Shown piece by piece: positions 38,211 to 47,794 of a stretch of DNA of 64,000 nucleotides. Location: assembly GCA_964415355.1 (NCBI GenBank), contig CAYPYS010000002.1, positions 74,475 to 138,474 of the forward strand. Direction: 5' to 3'. A program made the position numbers and the translations under genes. A model generated the notes under the pieces. The model saw nothing but the letters and a program-made list of their open reading frames with translations. It was not told where the DNA came from and ran no database searches. Position 1 is the stretch's first letter. Every line of letters starts with the position of its first letter. This stretch comes from an uncultured Planctomycetia bacterium. Its GTDB lineage: Bacteria; Omnitrophota; Gorgyraeia; Gorgyraeales; Gorgyraeaceae.

Positions 38211-38359
38211 GTTTCGGATTCTTCGATTAGCATAACGGGTATACCGTCTTTGATCGGATATTTTCTTTTGCACTTTGTGCAATGTAGTTTATTGTCTTTT
38301 AGCTCGACGCTTGCCTTGCACGCCGGGCAAGCCAGCATATTAAGAAGGTCTTTATCCAT
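38207..38359 (-). CDS. Trm112/YcaR-family protein (50 aa)
   Basis: Hand translation MDKDLLNMLACPACK...LHCTKCKRKYPIKDGIPVMLIEESET; below the ORF-track cutoff. Confidence 0.9.
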   Translation of the reverse strand: MDKDLLNMLACPACKASVELKDNKLHCTKCKRKYPIKDGIPVMLIEESET

Positions 38360-39329
38360 TGGCGCCGCTCTCTTCCCGTCGTATTTTTACAGGGCATATC
38401 AAATGCAGGACCCCGCCTATTATGCTATAAAATATAATAAGCCCTAGCCACAGCATAGAAATAGCAAAAGCCCTTTCGGCCCCTATGTCTGATTTTAGGA
38501 AATATATAAATGCCCCTTCGCGCACGCCTAGGCCATTGAGCGACGGGAGCATGCTTACAGACCAGATAATGGGTACGATCAGAAACAGTTTCAGTAACGG
38601 CATGTATCCCCCTACCGATAAGATAAAGAAATAAATTCCCACTATATTGCAGGCTTGCATGAAGGCTGAAAATAAAACTATCTTTATTAAAAAAGCCGGC
38701 TTGTCTCTGTATGTATTGATAGCGCTGTATAATTTTAATATCTTGCTTTTCAGTTTATCCAGAATACCATCTTTTTTAATAACAGTATCCTTGGAAATAT
38801 TATTTTTTTTAAAAAATAGCATGGTTACAAGAAAAATGCCGCATAAAAAGACAAAGGAAAGCGCATAGATGATTTTTTCGTTTACCAGGGCCCTCCCTAT
38901 AAAAATAAGCCCTATCATGGCGATCAAAATAATAGCGATAAAACCCAAGAGTCTATCTGATACTACAGCGGCGTATGAGGCGACATTGTTATTTGTCTTC
39001 TTGCCGGCATAATAAGCCTTGGCCACGTCTCCCCCGATAGCTGTCGGAAGAAAATTATTAAAGAAGAAACCTATAAATGTCAGATAAATAAAATCTTTAA
39101 GGGGTAGAAATATTTTCTGTGCCGACATCAGAAGTTTTAATCGATAAGCCAATACTGCTACAAGCGGTATGTGCAAGGAAAGAGCCACCATAAAAAACAG
39201 TTTATTGGAATTTTTTAATATATCAATTATCTTGTTGATGTCGTTTCGCATTGTCCATAAAAGGGCGGAAAGCAACCCAAAGCTGATGATAAATTTTGCC
39301 GCGAATAATAACTTGTTTTTATTTACCAT
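38352..39329 (-). CDS. LPG-synthase-TM/flippase-like membrane protein
   Basis: FFNNFLPTAIGGD, DRLLG, PSLNGLGVRE; start MVNKNK. Confidence 0.85.
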   Translation of the reverse strand: MVNKNKLLFAAKFIISFGLLSALLWTMRNDINKIIDILKNSNKLFFMVALSLHIPLVAVLAYRLKLLMSAQKIFLPLKDFIYLTFIGFFFNNFLPTAIGGDVAKAYYAGKKTNNNVASYAAVVSDRLLGFIAIILIAMIGLIFIGRALVNEKIIYALSFVFLCGIFLVTMLFFKKNNISKDTVIKKDGILDKLKSKILKLYSAINTYRDKPAFLIKIVLFSAFMQACNIVGIYFFILSVGGYMPLLKLFLIVPIIWSVSMLPSLNGLGVREGAFIYFLKSDIGAERAFAISMLWLGLIIFYSIIGGVLHLICPVKIRREESGANG

Positions 39330-40126
39330 ATGATCATCCCTGCGTAACCTACGACGGAGGCGTAGTCGCCTGATATGTCGCCGCTTGTCCGGTACTTTAC
39401 GAGCCCGGCTTTTTTCGCCCCCAGATTTTTGCACGCGCTTATGAGCGTGCACGTAGGCCCTATGCCGCACATTGAGATATTGTTTTCTTTCACGGCTTCA
39501 AAGAGCTTTTTTTCATCCAATGACAATACAGCATCTATTACAAGCTTGTCTTTTTCTTCCGCAGCCTCTCTTGGTTCGTAGTGGGTAAGGTCTGTACTCG
39601 CTACAAAAAGCGCGTCTCTCCCTATTTTTTTAAAACCCTCCGCTATCTCCTTTCCTAGTGCTTGATATTTGCTTATATCGTCAAAGGAGATGGTTATGGG
39701 AACTATCTTAATATCCTTTTTTAAATACTGCAGAAACGGCACCTCCACCTCAATGGAATGCTCGCTGAGATGGGACAGGGCGTCTTCTTTTAGGTTTTCG
39801 CTTTCTTTTAATATGGATTCTGCTATTTCTGTGTCGATCTTGGCCTCGCCCAGAGGCGTCATCCAGCTGCCTTTTGTCATTATAGCGAAAGGCTTTCCCG
39901 TGCCGGTATGGTTAGTTCCCAGCAGTATTGCAGTTTTCTTTAGGTTGACTTTTGACACAGTGGCTCCCGCTACTTGTCCCGAATACACATAACCCGCGTG
40001 AGGCATGATAATGCCTTTTGCTTCCTGTTTTTCTGATGATGCATCAACGAGACCGGAAAGCATTTTATTTAAGGCAGGTTCGGTCTGCGGATAAAACTGT
40101 CCGGCGACAACAGGTTTTCTGATCAT
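39323..40126 (-). CDS. amrB: AmmeMemoRadiSam system protein B (MEMO1-like)
   Basis: VAGQFYP, PHAGYVYSG, EHSIEV..PFLQ, STDLTHY, SMCG, VGYA. Confidence 0.9.
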   Translation of the reverse strand: MIRKPVVAGQFYPQTEPALNKMLSGLVDASSEKQEAKGIIMPHAGYVYSGQVAGATVSKVNLKKTAILLGTNHTGTGKPFAIMTKGSWMTPLGEAKIDTEIAESILKESENLKEDALSHLSEHSIEVEVPFLQYLKKDIKIVPITISFDDISKYQALGKEIAEGFKKIGRDALFVASTDLTHYEPREAAEEKDKLVIDAVLSLDEKKLFEAVKENNISMCGIGPTCTLISACKNLGAKKAGLVKYRTSGDISGDYASVVGYAGMIIW

Positions 40127-40127
40127 A

Positions 40128-42725
40128 TTACCGCACTCCCTCTAATGCTACCATTGTGCAGTTTTCGAGAGCCAGCATGTCTTTCGCCACTCTTTTTATG
40201 TCTTCTTTTGTGACAGCGTCTATGTTTTTGTAATAATCCTCGTAATTATTATAGCCTAAACCGTATAACTCATCCATTGTTATCGTGAATATGAAGCTTA
40301 AGTTAGTCTGCATGGAAATCTGACGCATTGCTTTCAGGTGGTTCTTGGACATTAGCAGTTCTTCGTCTGTCACGCCCTTTTTAATGAAGGATCTTATTTC
40401 CTTGAATATTATATCTTCTACTTTGCCTAGGTTTTCTTTTGAGGTGAGGACGTATATAGCGATATAGCCCGGGTCTATGCCTAATACCTGAAAGGCCCCC
40501 TGCGCATAAGAAAGACCGCTCTCTCCTCTTATCTTTTCAAATAAAATCCCGGATTCACTGGAAAAAATATCTATCAAGACGTCGACTGTGTACCGGTTTT
40601 TGTCGTAAATATCGATGCCGTGAAAACCCAGCATTAATAAGGACTGTTCTTTTTTTACTCCTACATTTTTCTCTCTTCGTTTTTCTATTGCAGGTTCTTC
40701 TATCGGAACAGGGGAAGCCATTTCTCTCGAGCCTATATTTGAAAAATATTTTTCTGCCAGCGCTTCTACCATGTCAGTATCGCAGTCTCCCGCGACTCCC
40801 AGTGCCATATTCTCCGGGGATAGCATGTTCGCATGGAACGCGACCGCGTCTTTTCTCTCGAGGCCATCAATGCTTTCGCGCGTCCCTATCGCCAGAAGTC
40901 CATAGGGATGCTTTGTAAAAAGCAGATCTTTTAATAACCTGTGTCCGTGATTGAATATTTTATTGTCTTGCATTTCTATAGCAGACAGTATCTCTTTTTT
41001 TTCTCTCTTTAGTTCGTTTTCCGAAAAAACAGGATTTAGGCATAGGTCCGATAAAAGCTTTAGTCCGTCTTCAAGATGTTCGCTTAGACAGTTCACCGTG
41101 AGGCCCAGGCTGTTGTTTCCGGAATAAGTATCGACTGTCATGCCTTTGGATTCATAAAGCTCCGCGATTTCTTCTCTTGACATATCCTTTGAACCGTCCA
41201 ATAGCATAAGACTGGTCAATTGCGAAATGCCGTTATTTTTTTCATCTTCGAACCTGACACCGCCTTTAAACAAAAGAGAAATAGACGCTATCGGGAGAGA
41301 GTGATTTTCCGATATAAGGACGCTTAGTTTGTTTCCAAGGGTTATCTTTTTTACTGAGCGCTCTTGTTTTTTATCAAGAGACGCGCGCGAAACAGGACTC
41401 AGGGATTTGCCTGTCCGGCTTATCACCGTGACTGTCATATTGTCTCTATTTAGATATTTGCTTGCCACATATTGCACTTCATCCAGGGCCACTGATTTTA
41501 TCCGCTCTATATAAAGCTCGAAGAACTCTGGATTGCCGGCCAGGAGTTGCCCTATTGCCCTGTCATTTGCTTTTGACTCAATAGTTTCTTTTGAGTATGT
41601 GTATCCAGCGATAAAATTATTTTTCGCCTTAGACAAGTCTTTATCTGTCATGCCATTTTCTTTGACAAGTTCGATATGATGCAATATTTTTTCAATAGCC
41701 GCCGCGACATTTTCTTCCCTCAATACGCTTGATACAATAAAAAGTCCCGGATCTTTAGGCGTATAGTTATAGGCTGATATGGATAAGACCAGTTCATCTT
41801 TTATGCGCAGCTCTTCATTCAGGATAGAACTTTCTCCCTGTCCTAGAATAAAAGACAGAAGATCGAGCGCATACAGATCTTTGTTTAAAAGCTCAGAAGA
41901 GTGAAAAGATATATTCAGGTAAGCCCCCTCTATGCCGTCTATTTTTTCTTCAATAAAACGACTTCCTGACTGAGGTGGTTCTGTGACTGTAGCGGATGAA
42001 ATGGCACCCCCGCGGCCTAATTCCCCGAAAGCGTTTTTTATGTCCTTAAACATGGAATTTGCATCTATGTCCCCCACCACAGCTATTACGATCTTTTCTG
42101 GAACATAGTTGTTTTCAAAAAATGCCACGAGGTCTTTTCTTTCTAATTTTTTGAATTTTTCTTTATAGCCTATAATCGGTATCAGATACGGGTGTCTGGT
42201 ATAAGCGTTTGAAAATGTAAGCCTGGAGATCTTTCGACCAGGATTGTCTTTGCTTAAATCCATCTCCCTTTCTATTACCTGTTTTTCTTTCTTGATCTCC
42301 TCTGCGTCGAATGCAGGATTGCTTAACATTTCTTTTAATATATCCAATCCTATGTGCGCGTGTTCTTTTAGAATGGTTATCCTGAAACCGGTGTAGTCGT
42401 ACGAAGTAAACCCGTCTATATTGCCGCCATATTTATGCAATATATCTTCTATGGCGCCGGGTGGGTATTTTTGCGTGCCCTTGAAAAGGATGTGTTCTAT
42501 CAGGTGACTGATACCGCTTCCGAGATATTCTCCTTCGTAGGCAGAACCGACGTCTATAAAAGCAGAAAAGACCACTATGGGGTTCCTGTGGTCTTCCTCG
42601 ACTATTACTTTAAGGCCGTTATCCAGCGTCCTGACTTCTTGGGCTTTTAGCTCAATTGCCAGAAAAGAGCCAAAAATAAAAAAAGCCAAGACATATATAA
42701 AGGTAAATTTTATGATCTTGGGCAT
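40128..42725 (-). CDS. M16 (pitrilysin-family) zinc peptidase, exported
   Basis: HLIEH motif, duplicated M16 halves, signal peptide from MPKIIK. Confidence 0.9.
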   Translation of the reverse strand: MPKIIKFTFIYVLAFFIFGSFLAIELKAQEVRTLDNGLKVIVEEDHRNPIVVFSAFIDVGSAYEGEYLGSGISHLIEHILFKGTQKYPPGAIEDILHKYGGNIDGFTSYDYTGFRITILKEHAHIGLDILKEMLSNPAFDAEEIKKEKQVIEREMDLSKDNPGRKISRLTFSNAYTRHPYLIPIIGYKEKFKKLERKDLVAFFENNYVPEKIVIAVVGDIDANSMFKDIKNAFGELGRGGAISSATVTEPPQSGSRFIEEKIDGIEGAYLNISFHSSELLNKDLYALDLLSFILGQGESSILNEELRIKDELVLSISAYNYTPKDPGLFIVSSVLREENVAAAIEKILHHIELVKENGMTDKDLSKAKNNFIAGYTYSKETIESKANDRAIGQLLAGNPEFFELYIERIKSVALDEVQYVASKYLNRDNMTVTVISRTGKSLSPVSRASLDKKQERSVKKITLGNKLSVLISENHSLPIASISLLFKGGVRFEDEKNNGISQLTSLMLLDGSKDMSREEIAELYESKGMTVDTYSGNNSLGLTVNCLSEHLEDGLKLLSDLCLNPVFSENELKREKKEILSAIEMQDNKIFNHGHRLLKDLLFTKHPYGLLAIGTRESIDGLERKDAVAFHANMLSPENMALGVAGDCDTDMVEALAEKYFSNIGSREMASPVPIEEPAIEKRREKNVGVKKEQSLLMLGFHGIDIYDKNRYTVDVLIDIFSSESGILFEKIRGESGLSYAQGAFQVLGIDPGYIAIYVLTSKENLGKVEDIIFKEIRSFIKKGVTDEELLMSKNHLKAMRQISMQTNLSFIFTITMDELYGLGYNNYEDYYKNIDAVTKEDIKRVAKDMLALENCTMVALEGVR

Positions 42726-42742
42726 TTGATTTAATGTTATTT

Positions 42743-42780
42743 GCCCCGCGCGTTGCAACATATGATAGAATGCGCGGGGT
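42743..42780. repeat. GC hairpin (family C) downstream of rpsU
   Basis: GCCCCGCGC-N21-GCGCGGGGT; same ends as the insert at 21446..21479. Confidence 0.55.
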
Positions 42781-42795
42781 TCTTAATATTTTAAG

Positions 42796-42969
42796 CTATC
42801 TGCTCGGGCTTAATTTAGACCTGAATCTTTTTCTCTTTTTTTCGCTGGGTTTTTCGTAGTGCTTCCTGGCCTTTAACTGCTTTAAGAGGCCTTCGCGCTC
42901 TATTTTCTTTTTGAAGCGTCTCAGCGCCTTTTCTAGTGATTCGCCGGGTCCGATTTCTATTCTCGACAT
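42796..42969 (-). CDS. rpsU: 30S ribosomal protein S21
   Basis: ESLEKALRRFKK...HYEKPSE. Confidence 0.93.
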   Translation of the reverse strand: MSRIEIGPGESLEKALRRFKKKIEREGLLKQLKARKHYEKPSEKKRKRFRSKLSPSR

Positions 42970-43016
42970 CTTGTTATTCACCCCTTCTATATAGTTTTAT
43001 ATTTAATATATAGCGC

Positions 43017-43045
43017 ATTGTATACGAAATACCGTATATTGTCAA
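43017..43045 (-). promoter_or_regulatory. sigma70 promoter of rpsU
   Basis: TTGACA-N17-TACAAT, abutting a family A repeat. Confidence 0.75.
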
Positions 43046-43046
43046 G

Positions 43047-43085
43047 CTAACTTTACATTTCAACAACGTTAAAGTGTAAAGTTAG
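43047..43085. repeat. Palindrome family A copy
   Basis: Consensus copy. Confidence 0.95.
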
Positions 43086-43109
43086 CAAAGATAGCCCCTC
43101 GCGTTTGTT

Positions 43110-44234
43110 TCACGCGTCAAGGAGCTTTAGTATTTTATCTATATCTACGTATTTTTCCACCAGTTCTTCAGCGGTTTTTGTCTTATCCTTATCCTCAGGC
43201 CCTATTTTCACAGCTAGATCGTGTACTTCCGCGGCAGTCGCATATGTGTGTTTCTGGCTCATCATGACAGGTATCTTCGCGTTTTCAATCAGCGTCATTA
43301 TTTTCTTGTCCGGCACAATGCCGCCGGTCAGGATTATACCTGCCAGTGATATGCTTTTTTTGGGTTTTTTCAAGAGATGGGCGCTTAAGAGGGTCATTAG
43401 CAGGTCTTCCCTGTCTCCGGGCGTTATTAAAAGTGAGCCGTTTTCTATGTAATTGAGCGCGTCGTGTGGTTTCATGGCGCCCACCAATATCTTCTGGACC
43501 TTGTTACGCATGCCTGTTTTTTTTGATATCAGTTTTATGTCTGTCTCATTCAGTATGTTATGTATAAAGGGCATGGAAAGCGACTGCGTATATGGGATGA
43601 CCCCCAGGACATCTATGCCCCTTTTTTTGAGACCTATATTGACTATTTCTTTTATTTTGTCATATTTGGACGGGAGTACTTTATTGACTATTACGCCTAT
43701 GACATCGACGCCTTCTTTTTTAAATAGTGCCATATTCAGCACTATCTCGTCAATAGGCCTGCCTATGCCTCCGGCTGTTACTAATATGACTTTGGTGTTG
43801 AGCAGCTTCGCCACTCTGGCATTGGAAAGGTCAAAGACAGACCCGACGCCGGCATGCCCTGTCCCCTCTATTACCACGAGTTCTTTTTGCTTTGACACGC
43901 GCTCAAACGAGCTTAGTATGTCCTTGGTTAATTTTTCATTATTCCCCTGCCTTATGTATTGTTCGGTAAAACCCTTTTCGATGGCAATGGGGCTCATGTC
44001 TTTTAGCTGAGAGCTAGTGCCGCAGACTTTTTCAATGAGCACAGAGTCTTCGTCGGCCTTATAGCCATTTTCGACGATATATCTTTGGCCGACAGGCTTT
44101 ATAAAGCCTATGTCTTTAAAATATTTTCTGAAGACGTGTATGAGACCCAGGGATACGGTTGTCTTTCCATCATTTTGCCTAGTGGCAGCTATGAATATTT
44201 TGCGGGGTTTTGCGGGGCTCACTTTTTCTCCCAT
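43110..44234 (-). CDS. AAA_26/DRTGG protein (phosphotransacetylase N-terminal-like)
   Basis: NDGKTT, KPVGQ, EGTGHAGVGS, TPGDREDL, LTGG. Confidence 0.85.
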   Translation of the reverse strand: MGEKVSPAKPRKIFIAATRQNDGKTTVSLGLIHVFRKYFKDIGFIKPVGQRYIVENGYKADEDSVLIEKVCGTSSQLKDMSPIAIEKGFTEQYIRQGNNEKLTKDILSSFERVSKQKELVVIEGTGHAGVGSVFDLSNARVAKLLNTKVILVTAGGIGRPIDEIVLNMALFKKEGVDVIGVIVNKVLPSKYDKIKEIVNIGLKKRGIDVLGVIPYTQSLSMPFIHNILNETDIKLISKKTGMRNKVQKILVGAMKPHDALNYIENGSLLITPGDREDLLMTLLSAHLLKKPKKSISLAGIILTGGIVPDKKIMTLIENAKIPVMMSQKHTYATAAEVHDLAVKIGPEDKDKTKTAEELVEKYVDIDKILKLLDA

Positions 44235-45505
44235 CTCAAAAGTTCTATTACGCTTGCCAGGGTTCGCCCGTCGTCTATTTCCTTTCTTACGCGATTTTCT
44301 GTTTCCAATACGCTCATGGCCCTGTTGGCTATCTCTATGGCCTTTTTAGCCGGTATTACCAGCACGCCGTCATCGTCTCCCACTATATAATCTCCGCTAA
44401 AAATCCTGGTGCCGCACACATTTATAGGCACATCGATTTCGCCGAATCCTTTTGGTTCGCCGGCGCAGGGAGAGGTCAGCTTGGCAAAGGCCGGAAAATT
44501 CAGACGTCTTATTTCCTGCACGTCTCTGATCGCGCCGTCGATCACGACGCCCTGTATTTTCTTTTGTATGGCTCCATGAGTCGCGAGTTCTCCCCATGTA
44601 GCGGGACCGACTCCGCCGGCGTCGATTACAATGATCTGCCCGGCTTTGGCGGTATCTATGGCCTCCACTGTCTTTGCCCAATCACCGGGATACGTCCTTA
44701 CTGTAAGTGCTTTTCCGAATATTTTTATTCCAGGGGTGATGACTTGCAGGCCTTTTAAGTCTCCTGTTCTGTGCATCGCGTCGGATAGATTGGCCGTAGA
44801 GACTTTACTCAAAATATTTTCTATATCTTTTTCCGTTACTCTTTTAAAGAGATCGGTTTTTATCTTTTTTAGTTTGGATATAGATTCTTTGATGCGGGAT
44901 GCGGCTTTTTTAGCGTCTTTGGCTTTATTGATAGCACCGCCCACGATGATTATGCTTGCGCCGGATTTGATAGCATCAGGGGCGGTCTCGGAATTTATGC
45001 CTCCCGCGATCGCTATAGGCGTATTTATGGCTTTTGAGATCTTTTTTAATTGGCTAAAAGGGTTTTTTGCCCGCATCTGGTCATCTATCGAACAATGTAT
45101 GCCAATGTAGTCAGGTCCGAATTTTTCTACTTCTTTTGCTCTTTTTTCCGCGTCTTTTATTGATATCAGGTCTATCTGGATCTTAGCGCCGTAGTTATGA
45201 GCAGCTTCCACACATTCTTTTATAGTCGAGTCGCTCGCAGCCCCGAGAACACAGACCACATTGGCTCCTGCCTTTGCGGCGATTTCAACTTCGACGCGGC
45301 CCGCGTCCATTATCTTCATATCCGCCACTATTGTTTTGCGCGGAAATCTTTCGCGCAATTTTCTCACAGCAGCCAGTCCCTCGCTTTTTATAAGAGGTGT
45401 GCCAGCTTCCAGCCAGTCCGCCCCTCCCTTGACAGCTTCCTCAGCGCATCTCAAAGCGCGGCTAAGATTGACAAAATCCAAAGCAACCTGCAATACCGGT
45501 TTCAT
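44219..45505 (-). CDS. 3-hexulose-6-phosphate synthase / RraA-like fusion protein
   Basis: LQVALD, EAGTPLIK, ADMKIMDAG; C-terminal STANLSDAM, WGEL, DGAIRD, GDDDG. Confidence 0.88.
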   Translation of the reverse strand: MKPVLQVALDFVNLSRALRCAEEAVKGGADWLEAGTPLIKSEGLAAVRKLRERFPRKTIVADMKIMDAGRVEVEIAAKAGANVVCVLGAASDSTIKECVEAAHNYGAKIQIDLISIKDAEKRAKEVEKFGPDYIGIHCSIDDQMRAKNPFSQLKKISKAINTPIAIAGGINSETAPDAIKSGASIIIVGGAINKAKDAKKAASRIKESISKLKKIKTDLFKRVTEKDIENILSKVSTANLSDAMHRTGDLKGLQVITPGIKIFGKALTVRTYPGDWAKTVEAIDTAKAGQIIVIDAGGVGPATWGELATHGAIQKKIQGVVIDGAIRDVQEIRRLNFPAFAKLTSPCAGEPKGFGEIDVPINVCGTRIFSGDYIVGDDDGVLVIPAKKAIEIANRAMSVLETENRVRKEIDDGRTLASVIELLRWEKK

Positions 45506-45513
45506 ATTTCTCC

Positions 45514-45552
45514 CTAACTTTACATTTCAACAACGTTAAAGTGTAAAGTTAG
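45514..45552. repeat. Palindrome family A copy; supplies stop of yjbQ
   Basis: Consensus copy. Confidence 0.95.
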
Positions 45553-45968
45553 TCCCCTGTTATTTGCACGACTAGTTCTCGCGAGCGTGGCCGATTGTCA
45601 AAATCTATGAATATGATCTGCTGCCAGGTGCCGAGCTGCATGCTTTTGCCCACAAAAGGTATTGTCAGGCTTGGCCCAAGAAGAGACGCCCTTACGTGAG
45701 CATATCCATTGCCGTCATGCCATCTTAGATTATGCTGGTATTCTCCGTTTTTCGGAGCTATTTTTTCAAAAAAATCCTTTAGATCTTGTACCAGTCCCGG
45801 TTCGTATTCTACGGTTGTAACGCTTCCTGTTGAACCGGAAACAAAGACAGTGACAATGCCATTTTTTATATCAGCCTTAGAGACCAGGCTTGATATTTTG
45901 TCGGTTATGTCAATTATATCCGTGTCACCCTTTGAGTTGAGTTTTATTTTCTTATTTATTGTGCCCAT
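45549..45968 (-). CDS. yjbQ: YjbQ-family protein
   Basis: DGNGYAHVRASL, LGTWQQI...FD. Confidence 0.9.
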   Translation of the reverse strand: MGTINKKIKLNSKGDTDIIDITDKISSLVSKADIKNGIVTVFVSGSTGSVTTVEYEPGLVQDLKDFFEKIAPKNGEYQHNLRWHDGNGYAHVRASLLGPSLTIPFVGKSMQLGTWQQIIFIDFDNRPRSRELVVQITGD

Positions 45969-45986
45969 GCCTCTGATGTCCTCGCT

Positions 45987-46023
45987 TAAGTATACATTTT
46001 AACAATGTTGAAATGTATACTTA
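45987..46023. repeat. Palindrome family A, AGTATACA-arm variant; supplies stop of acsE
   Basis: TAAGTATACATTTTAACAATGTTGAAATGTATACTTA. Confidence 0.9.
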
Positions 46024-46815
46024 TTTTTTTCTATAGGCGTCTATATATGAGTCGCAGTAGAGTTGCTTTTCCATGACGAGTTCTGCAGTTATCGCGGCTT
46101 CCATCAGGTCCTTGTCTTCAGAGTCCATAATCGCCGCGTCAAGGCCAACGCTTATCGCCATTGATAAAAATGTACGGTTTATAAGCGATTTATACTTTGG
46201 CAATGCACCTTGAGATACATTTGATAGCCCTAAAATCGTTTTTGGCGCAGGATCCGCGAGCATCTTCGATTCTCTTATTGTTCTCAGCACCTCTTTTCCG
46301 TGGCCTTGCGCTACATTGACAGGCAGGATCACAGAGTCGATATATAGGTCTTGTGTGTTAAAGCCGAATTCCACGCATGAGGCCACGATTTTCATGGCCA
46401 ATTCCAAGCGGCCGTCAGCGTCCTTTGGTATGCCCGACTTGTCCATGGTCAGGCCTATCATGGAGGCGTTGTATTTTTTTGCAAGAGGAAAAAGTGCTTT
46501 TATTTTATCTTCATTCGCGTTTACGGAATTTATTATTGCTTTTGACTTGCATGCAGCTAGACCTGTCTCCATCACGTCCTGCTTGGTCGTGTCTATGGCG
46601 AGAGTTATGTCAGTGACTTCAGCGATCGTTTTTACGAGCCATTCCATCGTGGCTTTCGGGTCATCCGAAGCAGGACCCACGTTTACGTCCAGCGCGTTCG
46701 CGCCGCACTGGATCTGTTTCTTCGCAAGTCCCTGTATGACAGACTTGTCTTTTTTCTTTATTGCTTCCGCAACGTCTTTAAACATCCCGTTGATGCGCTC
46801 ACCTATTACGTACAT
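46021..46815 (-). CDS. acsE: Methyltetrahydrofolate:corrinoid/Fe-S protein methyltransferase
   Basis: IGERINGMF, LDVNVGP, GLSNVSQ; acs context. Confidence 0.92.
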   Translation of the reverse strand: MYVIGERINGMFKDVAEAIKKKDKSVIQGLAKKQIQCGANALDVNVGPASDDPKATMEWLVKTIAEVTDITLAIDTTKQDVMETGLAACKSKAIINSVNANEDKIKALFPLAKKYNASMIGLTMDKSGIPKDADGRLELAMKIVASCVEFGFNTQDLYIDSVILPVNVAQGHGKEVLRTIRESKMLADPAPKTILGLSNVSQGALPKYKSLINRTFLSMAISVGLDAAIMDSEDKDLMEAAITAELVMEKQLYCDSYIDAYRKK

Positions 46816-46834
46816 ACATTCACCTCACAATGTA

Positions 46835-47794
46835 TTAAGCTTTACAGAGATTTTTTATTATTTTCTTAGTCTCTTCCACTGCTTTTGGATGATTCATTAC
46901 TAATATGTCAGCGCCCGCGTTCAAATACGCGGCAGCTGTTGCTGTCTCTAACAATGCTCCCCTATCCTTTGCCGGTCCCCATTCTTTGGCAGCCTCATCC
47001 CCTGTCTTTGCTTCTTTTGTGCGCCAGACCTCTTGTCCTACAAAATTTATAAGCGGCATCGAAAGCATCTTGTCGCCCGAAAGGCCTGCGAGCCTGGTCC
47101 TTTCCATTATAGAGTATGTGTATTCCAGGCCATAACCCAGCGCGCCTGTCGCATGATGTATTACGATTTTATCCTGCGGAAACTGCATGTCGCATATGAG
47201 TATATTGAGTTGCTTGGCAATGTTTATGTCTATCGGCGCCTCGGAAATAATACAATGCCCTCCGCTTAGACAGGCGGCTGTCAGTGTCTTGTAGTTTTCC
47301 TGAGTCGCTATCCCGAACAGGCAATTTTCGCCTTTCGCAACATTAGTACAGTGCACCATTACTTCGTTGTCTTTTTCAGGAGAAGAGCTTCCCAAAATTA
47401 TAAGAGGCACCCCAGCTGCCTTAAGTATTTTTTCCACAGTTTTGCCTGCTTCTTCGGGAGAGGCATTTTTGGAGTCAGGGTGAATACTTGCAAGCCTAAG
47501 GCAGATCATGTCAGCGGAAAATTTTTCAACGCACATCTTTGCCCATTCAGCAGGTTCTTTTAAGGCATTGCCGAATTCCGCCTTTAGCGTCTCGGGCCAT
47601 GATTCAGGCTCTATGTCCCAGACTTCCATAGCGACAACAGGTAGATTCGGACACTTGTCCTCGTCTTTTATGAAATAGATACCCGTCTCTCCGCCTATTT
47701 TGATTGTGCTGCTTCGCGTGCCGCCTTTATCTTTTGTTGCGCCTATTTCGACCTCGAAAATCTTATCCTGCCATTTTTCGATTACCTTTTCCAT
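46835..47794 (-). CDS. acsD: Corrinoid/Fe-S protein small subunit
   Basis: PIDINIAKQLN, ALGYGLEYTYS.MER.RLA. Confidence 0.92.
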   Translation of the reverse strand: MEKVIEKWQDKIFEVEIGATKDKGGTRSSTIKIGGETGIYFIKDEDKCPNLPVVAMEVWDIEPESWPETLKAEFGNALKEPAEWAKMCVEKFSADMICLRLASIHPDSKNASPEEAGKTVEKILKAAGVPLIILGSSSPEKDNEVMVHCTNVAKGENCLFGIATQENYKTLTAACLSGGHCIISEAPIDINIAKQLNILICDMQFPQDKIVIHHATGALGYGLEYTYSIMERTRLAGLSGDKMLSMPLINFVGQEVWRTKEAKTGDEAAKEWGPAKDRGALLETATAAAYLNAGADILVMNHPKAVEETKKIIKNLCKA

